Assembly (NCBI RefSeq): GCF_902459465.1
Contig: NC_047080.1
Span: 6,820,001-6,884,000 of the forward strand
DNA: 64,000 nucleotides
Source of the DNA: Asterias rubens
Taxonomy: Eukaryota
Direction: 5' to 3'
This document shows, one piece after another, positions 23,561-36,572 of the stretch; within the stretch, counting starts at the first letter, position 1, and each line of letters begins with the position of its first letter. The notes under the pieces are model-generated. The model did no database searches. It saw only the letters and a list, made by a program, of their open reading frames with translations, and had not been told where the DNA came from. The position numbers and the translations under genes were made by a program.

Positions 23561-25543
23561 GTTATTTTCGCACATGATTACTCTGTTGAACAAAAACACA
23601 CCTTGTATTGGTTTCCCGGCGAATTTCGGCCGGGAATAGGTTTGAACATTCATAAGTTGAATTTTTTGAAAGTGATTTAATCAAATTAAGATAATCGAAT
23701 CACACATTATTTTGTTGCTAGTTGGGGCATGCATTTCATTTTGGTGTTGTTATATAAAATACTCGGTACTTTGCTACTGTTAGATGCGTGTACTTGTTGA
23801 TAACATTTCATGAGCCTTCAATTTATAACAATTCCAACACTCCCCTGCGTTTTTTGCGCCGATGTATAATTTATTTCATTTGCCCCCCCCAAAAAAAAAA
23901 ATATATATATTTATAATAATGATAAAAATAACAATAATAATAATATGTTAACAACTAATAACAATACATAATTAAGCCCTACCACCCCTTAATTACTCAG
24001 TCCTTCTAAATAAACCAAAGTTTTTTAATAGCAGAATAACACTTTTCATACAAATTAAACTCCTCTGGAGTATTAACAGATTCATAAATATGGGTTACCG
24101 GTACGTTTATGGACGGTTATGTAGGTTTGGTCCTCCATGCTCTATGGACACGACCACAGATCCCCAAGTGTACTGACCATTGCTCTCTGCTGGCCATTAT
24201 TGTTTATTATTAATATGTAGGTCATGATGTCACCAATATTATGCTATTTACGCTGACGTCATTAAATGAAGAGTTCCTCAACCCCCACATCTCCCAATTT
24301 TCCACTCTGGGCCTCGACTATTCTTTCGACCTTTCTTGCACAAATTACTCCATGCACAAATACAGCAATGACTGATGATCGCCTCTCAAACTTCTCAAAT
24401 CTTTCAAGTATACTGAATATTTCCTAAATTTTTTTTTTTTTTACAAATGAATGTTGAATAAATTAACACAACTCACCTAGAAGGCTCCAGACTTGAAAGT
24501 TTCTTGGAAATGTTCACCGCCCACAACGATGTCAGAGTTCGTTGATTGCCAAACAGTTGAAATTAACATTCATAAACCATAAGACACACATGCAGCCTCA
24601 CTACTGGTGGCCTGTGCTTGTATGTACTTGCATGTAGCATACTGCTTACACCACAGACACATGAACTATTTATACCGAATTCGTTACAGAGGACAAACGT
24701 GCACGTGACAGGTGTTTTTTTTTGTGTTTTTTTTTGTAAAGTGAACGAATAATGCTGTGCACCAAATTTGCAGCCGTTTTGGTTAACTTTCATTGTATAA
24801 GGCATTTAAAGTATTATTTCGTGACTGTACAATGGTGTTTTTTTTTATTGGGAAATCCCCGTATGAGAAACTGCCTGTTTCACACGGTCGCTCTGAATTC
24901 AATGTGAACCCGGAAACTCGAATGTCACCGCTAATAAACATTAAACAGTGCAGTTATCATAACAAGTTAAATTGTATGAGTTGGGTTCACAGTTATCTAA
25001 AATCGTACATATAAAACTGCATATTGTGTACAATTATCAAGTTTTATTGATTTATTTGTGACACCAGTATGTTATTGAAGTAAAAAACTAAAACTGTCTT
25101 GAAGAGAGGAGAATATAGCCTTTGCAATTATTTAAAATGATTTATTCTCGATCTTGAAAATAGGGAACAGAGTTCGTTTTAAGTGTTATCACATTATACA
25201 TTGTCTCGCCACTATTTACAAACTTCAACACTATGTAGAGAAGTATTCAAAGTCGCATATTATATCAATAGTTATGTTTTGTTTCAAACAAACCACAACC
25301 CTATATAGAAACTAAACTTGTGTTAACTTTCTTTTACATATGTTTCATGTTAATTGTGAAAGCTTTTGTTATGATGACTTCCGTAACTATTATTTTTCTG
25401 CTGTACCTTAATTCAAACTGTTTAAAACCATTCACCAATTTAAACTGATTTAAAGCCACTCAACAATATCTACAAATCAGTGTAAAACAAGAAAAGTCGT
25501 GTTTAAAACACCGTTTCTTGACATTATACATGTAGAACAGTAA

Positions 25544-25643
25544 NNNNNNNNNNNNNNNNNNNNNNNNNNNNNNNNNNNNNNNNNNNNNNNNNNNNNNNNN
25601 NNNNNNNNNNNNNNNNNNNNNNNNNNNNNNNNNNNNNNNNNNN
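25544..25643. other. Scaffold gap (100 N)
   Basis: Run of exactly 100 N. Confidence 0.99.
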
Positions 25644-26400
25644 TTGGTGTTCCATCAATTATGATTCCAAACTGAGTGGACATTTTGTTCACATCACTAC
25701 AGATACCCCTCAAAACAGTATGGCCCATTAGCTGCAAAATTTCGTTCTGAACTTCGCCACCTGTAAAAGTAGTCTTTCTTGTCAGCCATCTCTTCAGATT
25801 GTCATCATCATCAGCCAGCAACTGCAACAATTTCTGGAAGTTACCATCAAACAAATCTTTTCCTCTAATGGCAAGACCCTGTTGGGCTAAAACACTGCAA
25901 TGTGGTATTAATGATCTTTAGCAGAGCTGATCGTGCAGTATGTTGTTCTTCTCAAAGTTTGGAGTCAAATTGCACATTGATGTCAGGTTGAATTCTTCAA
26001 AAAAAGTTATTTTTAGAAGCAAGGTTGTGAGTGGTTGACATTTCACATTTCACAGCGGGCAAGCCGAGTAAGACTTTGCCGAGTAGCACTAGCACACCAG
26101 TGGCAAAGTACCCCAACTATGCTCTGATCGAAATGAAGCCATGGGAAGTCTTTGAACCACTTATGCTGAAACTTTAATTTACGGTTCTGGAGTGTTTGAA
26201 CTGGGATGCAACTTACATCATCAGGTTGATAAGATTTATTGGGGAACTGCTCAGCAGTAGTCCCCATCTCAATGTTGGAACATGCACCTTGTTTTTTCTC
26301 ATTCTCATCGTCATCTAAGTTGTCGTCATCGTGCTTTTCACTTTGGGCATCATGCTCATCTTGTTCCTGTTGGGACTTAGCCACCGAAAAGAATTTTTCG
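25644..26400 (-). pseudogene. hAT (Ac/ZMYM1-like) transposase remnant, truncated by the gap
   Basis: TTF-type zinc finger FQHKWFKDFPWLHFDQSIVGVLCHWC. DUF4371-like GNFQKLLQLLA...QNEILQLMGH...FGIIIDGT. Broken by stops. A likely hAT-type end CAACGGCGCACCCAGGATT lies on the minus strand at 28051. Confidence 0.8.
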
Positions 26401-26669
26401 AATATCCATGTTGCTTCTTTGACAAATCTTGTCTGAGCCCAAACTGCTCCTATGGATCTTACTAATTTCGTACCTTATGCGATGTTTAAAAAAATGTATT
26501 ACATTTTGCACGCGCGTGGACACACAAACTTCTGGAGGCACCGTGTACCGTAACTTATCGTCTATTGTCTGTATTATAGAAACGAAAATATGCCCAAAAT
26601 ACCATTCTGGGCGTGGTCTTTGATTCAGTCTATACTGACACATTGGAAAGACCATTCACTGTTTGTCTG

Positions 26670-26670
26670 C

Positions 26671-26723
<53 letters not shown>

Positions 26724-26735
26724 TTATTATTATTT
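26670..26735. repeat. (ATT)n microsatellite, followed by poly-G/poly-C tracts (26823-26940)
   Basis: Directly visible. Confidence 0.95.
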
Positions 26736-27986
26736 TTTTTTTTAATAATATGAAATCAAGAAATTGATGTATATTTTTGTATTTCGTAGCATGTTTCTAA
26801 TGAAACACCCAATCAAAAAGTGGGGGGGGGGGGGGGACATCCGATTAGCTGTGTCCCCCCCCCCCCCCCCCCCCCCCCCCGGTCTAAAAAGTGTGGGGGG
26901 GGGGGACATGACCGGGGGCTTGAGGCCCCCCCCCCCCAAGAGGGTCCCCCCAAATAAAAAAAATAAAAAAAGGGGAAGAAAGAGGGAAGGAAAGAAGAAG
27001 AAAGGACAAAATATTAATGGGGGAGGGGAGGACGGGGAAAAGAAAAAAGAGCCGAGGGAGAAAAGTCGCAAATGCATGTGTAGTTTTTGGTTTTTATTTC
27101 CGGTGGAAGTATTTTCTTTTCTTCCTTTGCCATTCGCATTTTTTTCCCCTGCCAAAATAACTCTGGGATATTCGATGAGCGAGGTGAAAGATTTTGAACA
27201 CATCTTATGCAATGATCTTATGACAACTCCCTTGTAATTGTGTAAACTTGCAACAATAACATATTAAGCATTTAAAACCTGTGGTCCAGGATAAAATATA
27301 TCTCACGTTGTTCTTGGTCGCTCCGGCATTTAATGGTTTCCTAGTACTACACTTATATTTGAGAAATGCCGGATAGTAATGTTTTTTTACCCGCGATGTT
27401 TTTACTGAATATGCATGAAACCAGATACCGACCGACCTGATCGAATGTTGATCACCACGCGTTGCTTCTTTTCCACATTTTTCATTTTAGTCGGCTACGT
27501 TGAGGGATTAAAAGGTCTACAACCCTACCCTTAACAAATTAAACATCACATTTATGCCCTGGTTAAAGTTATAATTTCATTTTTGAACAGTAATCTGATA
27601 AAAATTATTATTATGCGCGCCACTTTCACAAAACAGAGGTTTATCTGTAGGTTCTGGGTTTGCCGCCTCCTTATTCATGGAATTTGTCGCCCAGTGATGA
27701 AAAGTAGGTAGCACCGCCTATAATGTTCTCTTTTCAACCACGTCCGCAGAATTACTATTTAAAACAAAAACCTTTGCTGAATTATTGACTGATTTTTGCA
27801 GTTCGTATTAATAGATGATACATTTATATGAATCAGAAGTGCTTAAAAAGTATGTTTTTCTTCTAAATTTATGCATAAAGAGGCTTGATTTTTCACCCCC
27901 AAAACGCCAGAAAGCTCAGAGCTCCATGGGGCTTCGCCTCTGAAACCACCAGGGGCCGGACCCCACCAAAAAATTGGTTCGAGCCC

Positions 27987-28017
<31 letters not shown>

Positions 28018-28051
28018 AAAAACCCAAAACATAATCCTGGGTGCGCCGTTG

Positions 28052-28110
28052 AAAGGCAGTGGACACTATTGGTAATTACTCAAAATAATTGTTATCATAA
28101 AACCTTACTT
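28052..28110 (+). mobile_element. Left part of a short TIR MITE split by DIRS-A; right part at 35965-36211
   Basis: AAAGGCAGTGGACACTATTGGTAATT (28052) is the inverted partner of AATTACCAATAGTGTCC (about 36195-36211). I recall the family as abundant in Asterias. Confidence 0.7.
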
Positions 28111-28508
28111 GATTCATAGCTAGAAAAATTGACAACCAGGGGGCGCGCCCTCGCGCGCCCACCCAGCATGCTACGCAGTAGCTCCGCCAAATACGTCCTT
28201 CTTTTTCTCATCTTACAGGTAACCCTGAACACGAGCCGTTAGTGGGGAAGGAGGGCGGGAAGGCTATTTGGGTAAGTATCAATCATAGACTCGTCCCACA
28301 CTATTTGTGGGGGGGGGGGGGGAGACTATTTCATTCCCTTACCCAAATAGCCACTACTTATGCATAGAATAGCACCATAACATGGAAGTTGGGTAGGCGA
28401 GGCGCCTTTATGAAAAATCAGACTATAGTCGGCAAGTACCCAAGACTTAAAACAACAAACTGATAAGGAAGTGCTTATAAGAATCGGGGAAAATTTTGGG
28501 GGCTCACC

Positions 28509-29555
28509 TCAAGCTCTGTCCTGGCGGTGCCTGGACGGGTCGCTTGCTTGGGGCTCCCTTCTGGGTTGAGATGCTGACAGCACTGCTCTCCCAAAAGCCC
28601 CTTGGTTCTGGAGCACATCACGCAGATAGAAGGTGGTGAAGTTGATGGACCCTTCCAGCAAGCTGCTTGTGAGATCTCTGCAAAGGAAATCCCCTGAAGA
28701 ACGCCAGGATGTGGACACGGCACGGACATCGTGTGCACGTATGGGTCCCTGACTGCCTGTGTCCTTGTCTGACAGCCAGTCGGGGTTTGCTGACTTTATT
28801 GCTGATACAATCCACCGTTTGATTGTATCTTTGGAGGCTGGACCATGCGGGGGAGTAGTCGAGATAAAAAGTTGGTCGCAGGTCCCTCTAAGTGGTTTGG
28901 TACGTTCCAGATACCATTTGAGGGAGCGTATGGGGCACCAGAGCCTGTCTGATTGGACAGATGATATAGAGGCAATTTCGGGAATGAAGATATCAGGCGG
29001 GGTAAAGACTGCCGTCTGGTTTTTAGTAAGGAATGAAGCCTTGGGTACAAGGCGAACCCCTCCCGGTTCCCACCGGATGTGTCCCGGTTGGATCGTAAGT
29101 GCCTGGATTTCACATCCCCTCCTAGCTGAAGCTGCAGCTATGAGGAAGGCCAGCTTGATTGAAAGTTGCAACAGTGATGAATGGTGTGCCAGCTCATAGG
29201 GGACCGCTGCTAAGTTCTCTAGCACCCGCCCCAACTCCCAGGATGGGACCAGCCTCTGTCTCCGGGGCCTTTCGTTAAACATGCCCGAAGTATCTGTGTT
29301 AGCACGGGGCTCGATGAGATTGTGGAGCCATTGGAGAACCCTTCATGGACTGCCGCAATGGCCGATCTGTAATTCTTAATTGTTGTCACCTTCAGTTGGG
29401 AATTAAAGAGGTGAACCAGAAAATCTGACACCATCGCTAAAGATGCAGTGGTTGAATCCACAGCGCGGTCGTCACACCACCGACTAAAATGTTTAAGTCG
29501 GTTGTCGTAAACCTTTCGTGTGGAGAGGCGACTCCCCTTCGCTGCATATTGCACC
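28509..29555 (-). pseudogene. DIRS-A tyrosine recombinase (frameshifted)
   Basis: SRLSTRKVYDNRL...VTTIKNYRSAIAAVH, FLIAAASARRGCEIQAL, LWCPIRSLKWYL, ASKDTIKRWI, IRAHDVRAVSTSW, FTTFYLRDV. Confidence 0.9.
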
Positions 29556-30277
29556 GATATAGAGCTGTGATGCGCTCCGTTGTGGGAAAGGCCACGCCAT
29601 TCCGGAGGTCGACGACCGCTCCTAGGAAGGTCGGAGACTGGGTTGGTATGAACAGGGATTTCTCTTCGTTTATAATGAAGCCTACAGCCCTCATCACCTC
29701 GCAGGTGGTCTGCAGATATTGGGCTGTTTCCTCTTACGATTTGCCGACAATCAGCCAGTCGTCCAGGTACATATAGATCATGATATTTTGATGACGTAGA
29801 TAGGCTGCGATTGCTCGTGTGACTCTTGTGAATGCCCTTGGTGGCGTTGAGAGTACAAATGGGAGGGCCGTGCGCCCCCGATATCTGAATCGGAGGTATC
29901 GGGAGTGCCCAGAAGAGATTGGTATGTGGAGGTAAGCGTCTTTGGAGTCGATTGACGCTGCCCATACCGCCTTGGGTAGCGATTCCAGGATCACTTTTAG
30001 TGTTTCCATCCGGAAGCGTCTCGGTCTGATGAACCGATTGAGCAGTTTGAGATTGCTTATAGGTCGCCATTCCATAGTTCCCTTTTTTGGCGTTAGAAAG
30101 AACGTCGAGAGAAACCCCTGGAACTGTTCTGCGTCTGCCACCAGACGCACTGCCTGCTTTTCTAGTAGGGAGGATATCTCCTTCTCTAGAGCCAGGCGCT
30201 TTTCCCTGTTCGCCGGAACTGGTGTTTCGCGAACCAGCATGTCCGACGGAGGGGTGCTCGTGAACTCTAAACGGTAA
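29556..30277 (-). pseudogene. DIRS-A reverse transcriptase fragment
   Basis: YRLEFTSTPP, FFLTPKKGTMEWRPISNLKLLNRF, IDSKDAYLHIPI, IYMYLDDWLIVG, QSPTFLG. The frame joins the YR N-terminus directly, so RNase H and MT are missing. Confidence 0.9.
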
Positions 30278-31655
30278 GGGAGCACGTATATATTTAACCC
30301 CCCGAGAGCTAGGCCGAAACTGGCCGAATTGTCCGGTGCTGTAATGAGCATCATTATCAACAGGTGAATGCACACCGCTTGGTTCGGTAACCTGCATATT
30401 CATGATCACCTTGCCCCTGCTTCCTAGCTTTTGGTACACAAAGGAATAGACAGGCGACTGTTAATCCCTGATGACTTGGACAAAGCCCCTTTGTGCCGGA
30501 TTAGTAATCAGTCCTGGCCACAAACTTCTATTGTAAGTTTATTGCTGGTTTCTATGTTATGACTGCATTTGCAAAAATAAATAAGGAATGATTTCTTCAA
30601 CTAAATTCTGCTGTTAAAAATATAAAACACTAGGTAGGCCTACTCTTTCGTAGGAACAAACCATAAAGGGTGACTTAGGCCGTTCCAACTTGATAAGTTT
30701 GTTTACGGATCGCGGCGACCGATTTTCTGAAATAATAGAACAAACATACATTTTAGGAAATCCACAATATTTGGTCCGATTATTTATAAAATACATCATA
30801 TTTCAGTTTATTTTTTATGTTTGAGGAACGTGTTGCAAAAACCCTAAAACAATCTTGGTTTACGATTCGATCATGCATTGCATCGACCTGCCGGTATATG
30901 CTACCGGCTCTGCGACGCAAAGAGAAGTCCGTCGGGGAAAGCCTTACCTCACAAAAAACAACAATGTATTAATATCCATTATCGTTCAGCACACGTGGAT
31001 AATTTATAGGCACTGAAATATTGTTATCACACCATATTTTGTGTACTGCCGCAAATTCATTTTGAAAAATGTCTTTAAATAAACAAACACTTGGCGGGTG
31101 AGTGGTATTCATTTCAGAAAAAGGAAGGAAAAATTAGAGTAAAAAGAGGGCGCTCTTTAGTAGGTTCCCTTAATGTGTTACGCACGCAATTGTATCAACA
31201 CGTCTAGCACACGACCTGTGGTAGTGTTGTTGTGAGCAAACCATCACGGCAGACCCTGTGCAACTGTACATGCATGGAGGAATAAATCGGTTGTTTTAGA
31301 ATCAGCAAATTATTGTAATACTCGGTGCACATGACTTGCGGTAGCGAATTAAAAGTTAAACCATTCTGGCTGTTTCAAACAGCCTATTCAGTCTGAAGTT
31401 GAGGGCAGTAATCCTATAATCCCTTAATTGTGTACCAACCACTTGACAAAGGACTTGTCATGCCTTTTGTTGCCGCCTGGACCCATCCAGACCCAAAAAC
31501 CATTGTGTTGAGGTTGTGAAGATTTAATAAGCAAAGGTGAGCAACTTTATTCATGACACCAGTCATTTCTTTTGTAAAAGCTTTCAGAGCGGAAAACCTT
31601 CAGGTTCGGCCACTTTCGGTCTAGCTCTCGGGCGGTTAAATAGATACGTGCTCCC
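30278..31655. mobile_element. PIF/Harbinger-like non-autonomous element, 1,378 bp, TAA TSD
   Basis: TIRs of about 50 bp (GGGAGCACGTAT... / ...ATACGTGCTCCC) with TAA at 30275-30277 and 31656-31658. Removing it restores the RT motif WVLATVEHG-YRLEF. Confidence 0.88.
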
Positions 31656-31658
31656 TAA

Positions 31659-33395
31659 CCATGTTCGACCGTTGCGAGCACCCATGCGTCGGACGTGATC
31701 TCGCTCCAAGACCCTACGAAATTTCTGAGACAGCCCCCGACGGGTCCCGGTTCGGGGCCAGAGTCGGAAGCAGGGCGTCATCGCCTCCGACCCCCGAGTA
31801 GCGAGGAGGGGGAGGGGGCCTACCGCCACCACGTCCCCTGCCGCCTGTCTGGAAGTTCTGACGGGCAGGCTGGGAGTAGCGGGGTGCCGCTGGGGCAGTG
31901 CCGAGGGATGTCCTAGGGGCCTGTTGTTGAGGGGCCTTACAAAAGGCTGGGCGTGACGTGAAGCCAGCCCTGGTAGCCTTTCTTCCCCCACGCTTGGCTT
32001 TTGGGGCCGCTGGTTTTCGCAGGTTTAGCTTGTCTGCATTTTTTAAGTGTTTTGCCTCTGTCTCAAGAACCTCTTGGAATTGCCCTCCAAAGAGGTCGTT
32101 CCCAAGAAGAGAGATATCCTCTAATTTCTTCTTAGCCCCTTCGTAGGGAATGTACAGTGTCTCAAGTGCATTTGTCCTTCTGGATCGGTGTGCTGGAGCG
32201 AAATTCTGGTGAATTGCTCCAGGGACATCCTAGGGCCTTCCTCTAGGCAGCGAGAAGCTATGGCTAGCATGTCCGCTGGGGTGGATGCGCCCTCCTCACA
32301 GGCGCAGACAATGTAAACCGAGAGCAGTAGAAGAAAAGTGTTGGCTTTGGCGCCAAAGCGGGCTGCCTCATCGATTTTCCTCATCTGCTCCTCAAGTCCT
32401 TAGACCTTTTGGTGTGTGGAATCCATTTCTTTAGAGCGGCTGTGCTTTTGATGCGGTCCACGCAAAGGCGGTCTAATGGGAGGGTCGGGAACAGCGTACT
32501 GTGTGTTTCCTCCCCTCCGGTTCTTGTCTTGAAGGAGCGACGATCCGATAGCTTGAGTACACGAACCATGTCCCAATGCACCAGTCGGAGCTGAGTTTCA
32601 AATGAAGAAAAACTGCCCGGTTCTGTGGGCTCGTCTTCCTCGGAGCTTGCCTCACGTGAACTCCTCTCCCCCTCGGGCTCCTCCCCGGGTTCCTCCCCGT
32701 TGGATGCCTCAAGGGTAGTTGAAGGGTGCAGCGAGATGGCCGTAGGAGAACCTCTCCGTTGCCATTCACGCCCCGGAGTGCAAGGCACCTCCGACCCACT
32801 ATCGATTACCTCTGACAACTGTGGAGGTCCGGTAACGACTGGGGCTGCTCTGATAGGCTCCCGGGTCTGGGTCCGGGAAGGTGGATGGTGGGGGAGCCCG
32901 CTGTGGGGTGGGTGCCGCCCCCCATTGCTGTTGGGCGATCGTTGCCAATGAAGCGTTGATTGAATCGAACGCCTTCATAAAGGCTGACGGGGATATGGTA
33001 TCCTGTTCTTTCTTCTTCTTTTTGACCTTCAGTATAGCTGAAGAATCATCAGAAGAGGAGACTGAACGCTTTTGCTTGGTCTTCTTGACTGAAGCCACGC
33101 TGACCAGGGAAAACTTTGAATCAGTCATTGGTATTCCCGAGCAGCGGTCAGTAAATGAGGTGGACTGTGATTCCCTCATTCCTAGTCCCTGGTCCGTCCG
33201 CCCGACGGGCGGGGGACCAGAGCGCCCGGAACGCGAAGATTGGGCCGGAGAAAGATTTAATTCTGAGTTCACCTGCCTGGGCTAACACTCCAGAAGATTG
33301 TTGAGGCGTAGAGGATCCTGAGGAAATCTTCGCCTGAGGACTGAGTGAAGTTGCAGTCGTTGGCTTCGAGTGTGATGTACTTTTCATGGGTTCAC
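31659..33395 (-). pseudogene. DIRS-A gag (LAP2alpha-like C-terminus) and start of RT, multiply frameshifted
   Basis: KIDEAARFGAKANTFLLLLSVYI and FPTLPLDRLCVDRI are homologous to DIRS-B gag KLDSAARFGMRSTSFLLLLSEYL and FPTLPLDRVCTDRM. Confidence 0.75.
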
Positions 33396-36205
33396 CCATT
33401 TTAGGTGCTAAATTTATATTCAACACATCTTAAAATTAATTTTACCGTTTGTCTATTTTAAATTTTATTAATAAATTGAAAATAAAAGTTTGATGATTGA
33501 GTCAGAGAACAAGTCTTCAGAGATTTTTTTATTTATTCTGCATCAGAAAACACATGAATGGATACATACTAGAGCTACAAGTACAAAGTGGCTTTTTTGG
33601 GTTGTGAAAATAAAGACATTGTTTATATTATATAAAACTGTGAAAATGAATGTATTTAAACTTGCTTCAGCTTACTACCCTTGGCCTCGACACCAAAACT
33701 TATTTTAAAAGATGGCCCGAAGTTTTGATCCTGGGCAAGAAACATTCATTTATTTTAATAAACTTACACATGTACTTAAAACATACAGCTTCACAACAGC
33801 AAACATCGTGTGTCAGAACGAAAATATTGTTTACAAAAACACTTCGTTGTGCGTACATCGAACATGTCGTATTATGTATGTACACGTACATCGTACACCC
33901 TACTTAATAGAAGCCATGTGGGTCAATGGTACCCCGTTTTACACTTGTTTTACTCTAGAGGGACCAGTGATGCTGCAAATAGCTACACGCTTCAAAATAA
34001 AATATCCGTTTAAAACCGTGTATTTGGTGATACTGTATGATGCACGACTCCGAATTGTGGTTGGTTTTCCACCAGGCATAAATTTTGCACTCCTTTTTTT
34101 AATGCCAAAATAACAGTTCATATAATTTCAAAATGCTTAAATAAAATAACTACACATGATTAAAATCCGTTTGTTTTCTCGGAACAAAACTTGCACTCTA
34201 AAATGAAAGAATTAAAAAAGATTTTAAAAAAAAGATCCCGGTCTACGGCACGCTACGGATACGGCGGTACCGTCCTGCCCCCACCCCCATGTGCCCTGGG
34301 AAATCTGTCCGCATATGTTGCATCAATTGCATAGTACAGGGGCGGGTACCAAACTATTCTGTTTACATCGGAAATAATATTTTGCCGTCTTACACCCAAC
34401 CCCACACAGTTCCAGCACACGCATGGGCTCCCGTTCTCACACCCCTGCTGCGTGCTGGATGCATGATCAAAACTGATGTACATTTACGCTGTACACGTCG
34501 TACGTATAGACACGCAACAAAAAGTATCCTGCCCCGAGGTTTCTCTTTGCGTTTTCTTTGTTTTTTTTTGCAAACCGTTTTATCAATTATGAACAGGTAT
34601 TTTTTAATATTATCATTATTTTTGTATTTTATAATATCCTGACCGATGTTTGACTTCGTCGCCGGGAAATAGAGAAAAAAAATATTGTGTTTTCCCGATT
34701 TTTTTTTTCTTTGCAAGTTTCATAAATATCGGTCGCCGCAATCCGTAAACCAACTTATAAAATTTGAACTAATTATTTAAAAAAAAAAAAAAATTATTTT
34801 AAATTTTTTTTAATTTATTTTAAATTTTTATTTATTTATTTATTATTATTATTATTTTTGATAATCGCGCGAAAGAAAACGCAGTAGCGCGGTCTTTTTC
34901 AATTTTGACCGGTACTGAACTTTGTCCCTTTTTCCGTGCGGTACTGTGTATGTGGGAAGAAAAAAACCGTGCGGTCGATGTTTCTCACAACAGCGCCCTC
35001 AATTAGTCCCTCGATCCAAGTCACCGCGGTGACTAGGAAGGAAAATGGCTGACCATGGAATTTATCGAACGGTCTGTACGAAAACAGACGGGGCAAGGGA
35101 GAGGCCAGAGGCCGGTATACCCCGTATATATTTTCGTTTGAACCCCACGCTCTCCGCTGGAGCGAGGGGGAGCGAGCAGGGGAAGGGAACAGATTTAACA
35201 GGTATACACAAGCTCTCTCCGCTAACTTCCTGCGCCGGGCCGGGAGTACTTCTCTCGGGACGGGGGGAGTTCGACTGGTCGCGACCAGAAGACAATAGCC
35301 AATCGTAAAATTATTGAGCCCTGGAGTCAGCCTCTTACTACAACGGCCGGGAGTACTTCTCTCGGAGTACACTGACCCTAAAAAAACTAGCTTTTCTACC
35401 ACGGAGTACTGCTCCTGGAGCGAGTCCCACGGAGGTGAGACGCTAGTTAATTTATATATCATAATTAATTAAATTAAGGAAGACACGGAGACACAACAAT
35501 AATATATATACACTTGGAAAATAAGGTAAGGGGATGCACTCGATCCACGAGAACCCTGAGTGCTAGTTGCGCTTTGGTCTCAGCAGAATTCAGAATATAT
35601 ATCTTAGCAAATCATGCAATAATTCTCAAGAATTTGGAGGATAAGTGTAACAGAAAAACATCTCGGGCTCTTCCAAGACGTCACTCAAAATGACTGAAAA
35701 CTCTACAAATGAACTGGTTGTAATCTTATAGGAATAAAGCGAACGTACAAGTACTTGTAGCTAAAGCAAGAGGGTGGAAAAAAACTCACGTCTACCACGT
35801 ACGGTCACTAGAAAAAGAAGGACGTATTTGGCGGAGCTACTGCGTAGCATGCTGGGTGGGCACGAGAGGGCGCCCTCTGGTTGTCAATTTTTCTAGCGAA
35901 TTAGCCTGTCGGCTATGAAATATGCATAAGTAGTGGCTATTTGGGTAAGTGATTGAAATAGACTGTAGTTTTTGAGAAAGCAGTAATTTTCCACGAATTT
36001 GATTTTGAGACCTCAGATTTAGATTTTGAGGTCTTGAAATCAAGCATCTGAAAGCACACAACTTCGTGTGACAAGGGTGTTTTTTTCTTTCATTAATATC
36101 TCGCAACTTCGACGACCGATTGAGCAAAAATTTTCACAGCTTTGTTATTTTAAGCATATGTTGATATACACTAACTGTGAAGAGTAGTCTTTGACAATTA
36201 CCAAT

Positions 36206-36572
36206 AGTGTCCTCAAATTTACATTCAACTTACAGGGTTTGAAGATAATGATAGTGGAAAGCTTCCCTTCAAATATTACTAACTGAGGTTGTGTAGTTTT
36301 TGAGAAATGAGTAAAACAAGTCACAAAATAATTTTCGTCTCAGGAAGACAAAAATTATTTTAGCATGTAAAATCCCATTACCAGATATTATACCAAAACC
36401 ATACATGTAGCATAACTGGTTAATACGTTTTTACATGCTAAAACTGAGACGAAAATTATTTGTTTTACTCATTTCTCAAAAACTACAGCACCTCAGTAAG
36501 TACAATTTCAAGGGAAGCTTTCTACTATCATAATCTTCAAACTGTGTAAGTTTAATGTAAATTTGTGGACAT
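36206..36572. mobile_element. Palindromic MITE, about 370 bp, with TIRs of about 110 bp
   Basis: AAATTTACATTCAACTTACAGGGTTTGAAGATAATGATAGTGGAAAGCTTCCC... is inverted as ...GGGAAGCTTTCTACTATCATAATCTTCAAACTGTGTAAGTTTAATGTAAATTT. Confidence 0.8.

Larger units (their letters stand above)
28113..35964 (-). mobile_element. DIRS1-type tyrosine-recombinase retrotransposon (DIRS-A), defective
   Basis: ITRs at 28119-28208 and 35810-35897. ICR at 28262-28366 is complementary to the terminus at 35923-35964. gag, RT (YLDD) and YR remnants are on the minus strand. RNase H and MT are deleted, and the RT is interrupted by a Harbinger-like element. Confidence 0.92.

Noticed and set aside
24330-24410. hAT dimerisation-like motif (AMTDDRLSN) on the plus strand
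   Set aside because: Only about 9 residues with no supporting context.
26742-27237. 156/157-aa ORFs on both strands
   Set aside because: Arise from poly-G, poly-C and poly-A tracts; low complexity.
28759-29776. Long plus-strand ORFs opposite DIRS coding regions (also 45490-47929)
   Set aside because: Typical shadow ORFs of GC-rich coding sequence.
33285-33428. AG...GT-bounded open segment as the next Roquin exon
   Set aside because: It is open only in phase 1. Joining the phase-2 zinc-finger exon gives a stop after 8 codons. It lies inside DIRS-A and fits the gag start.
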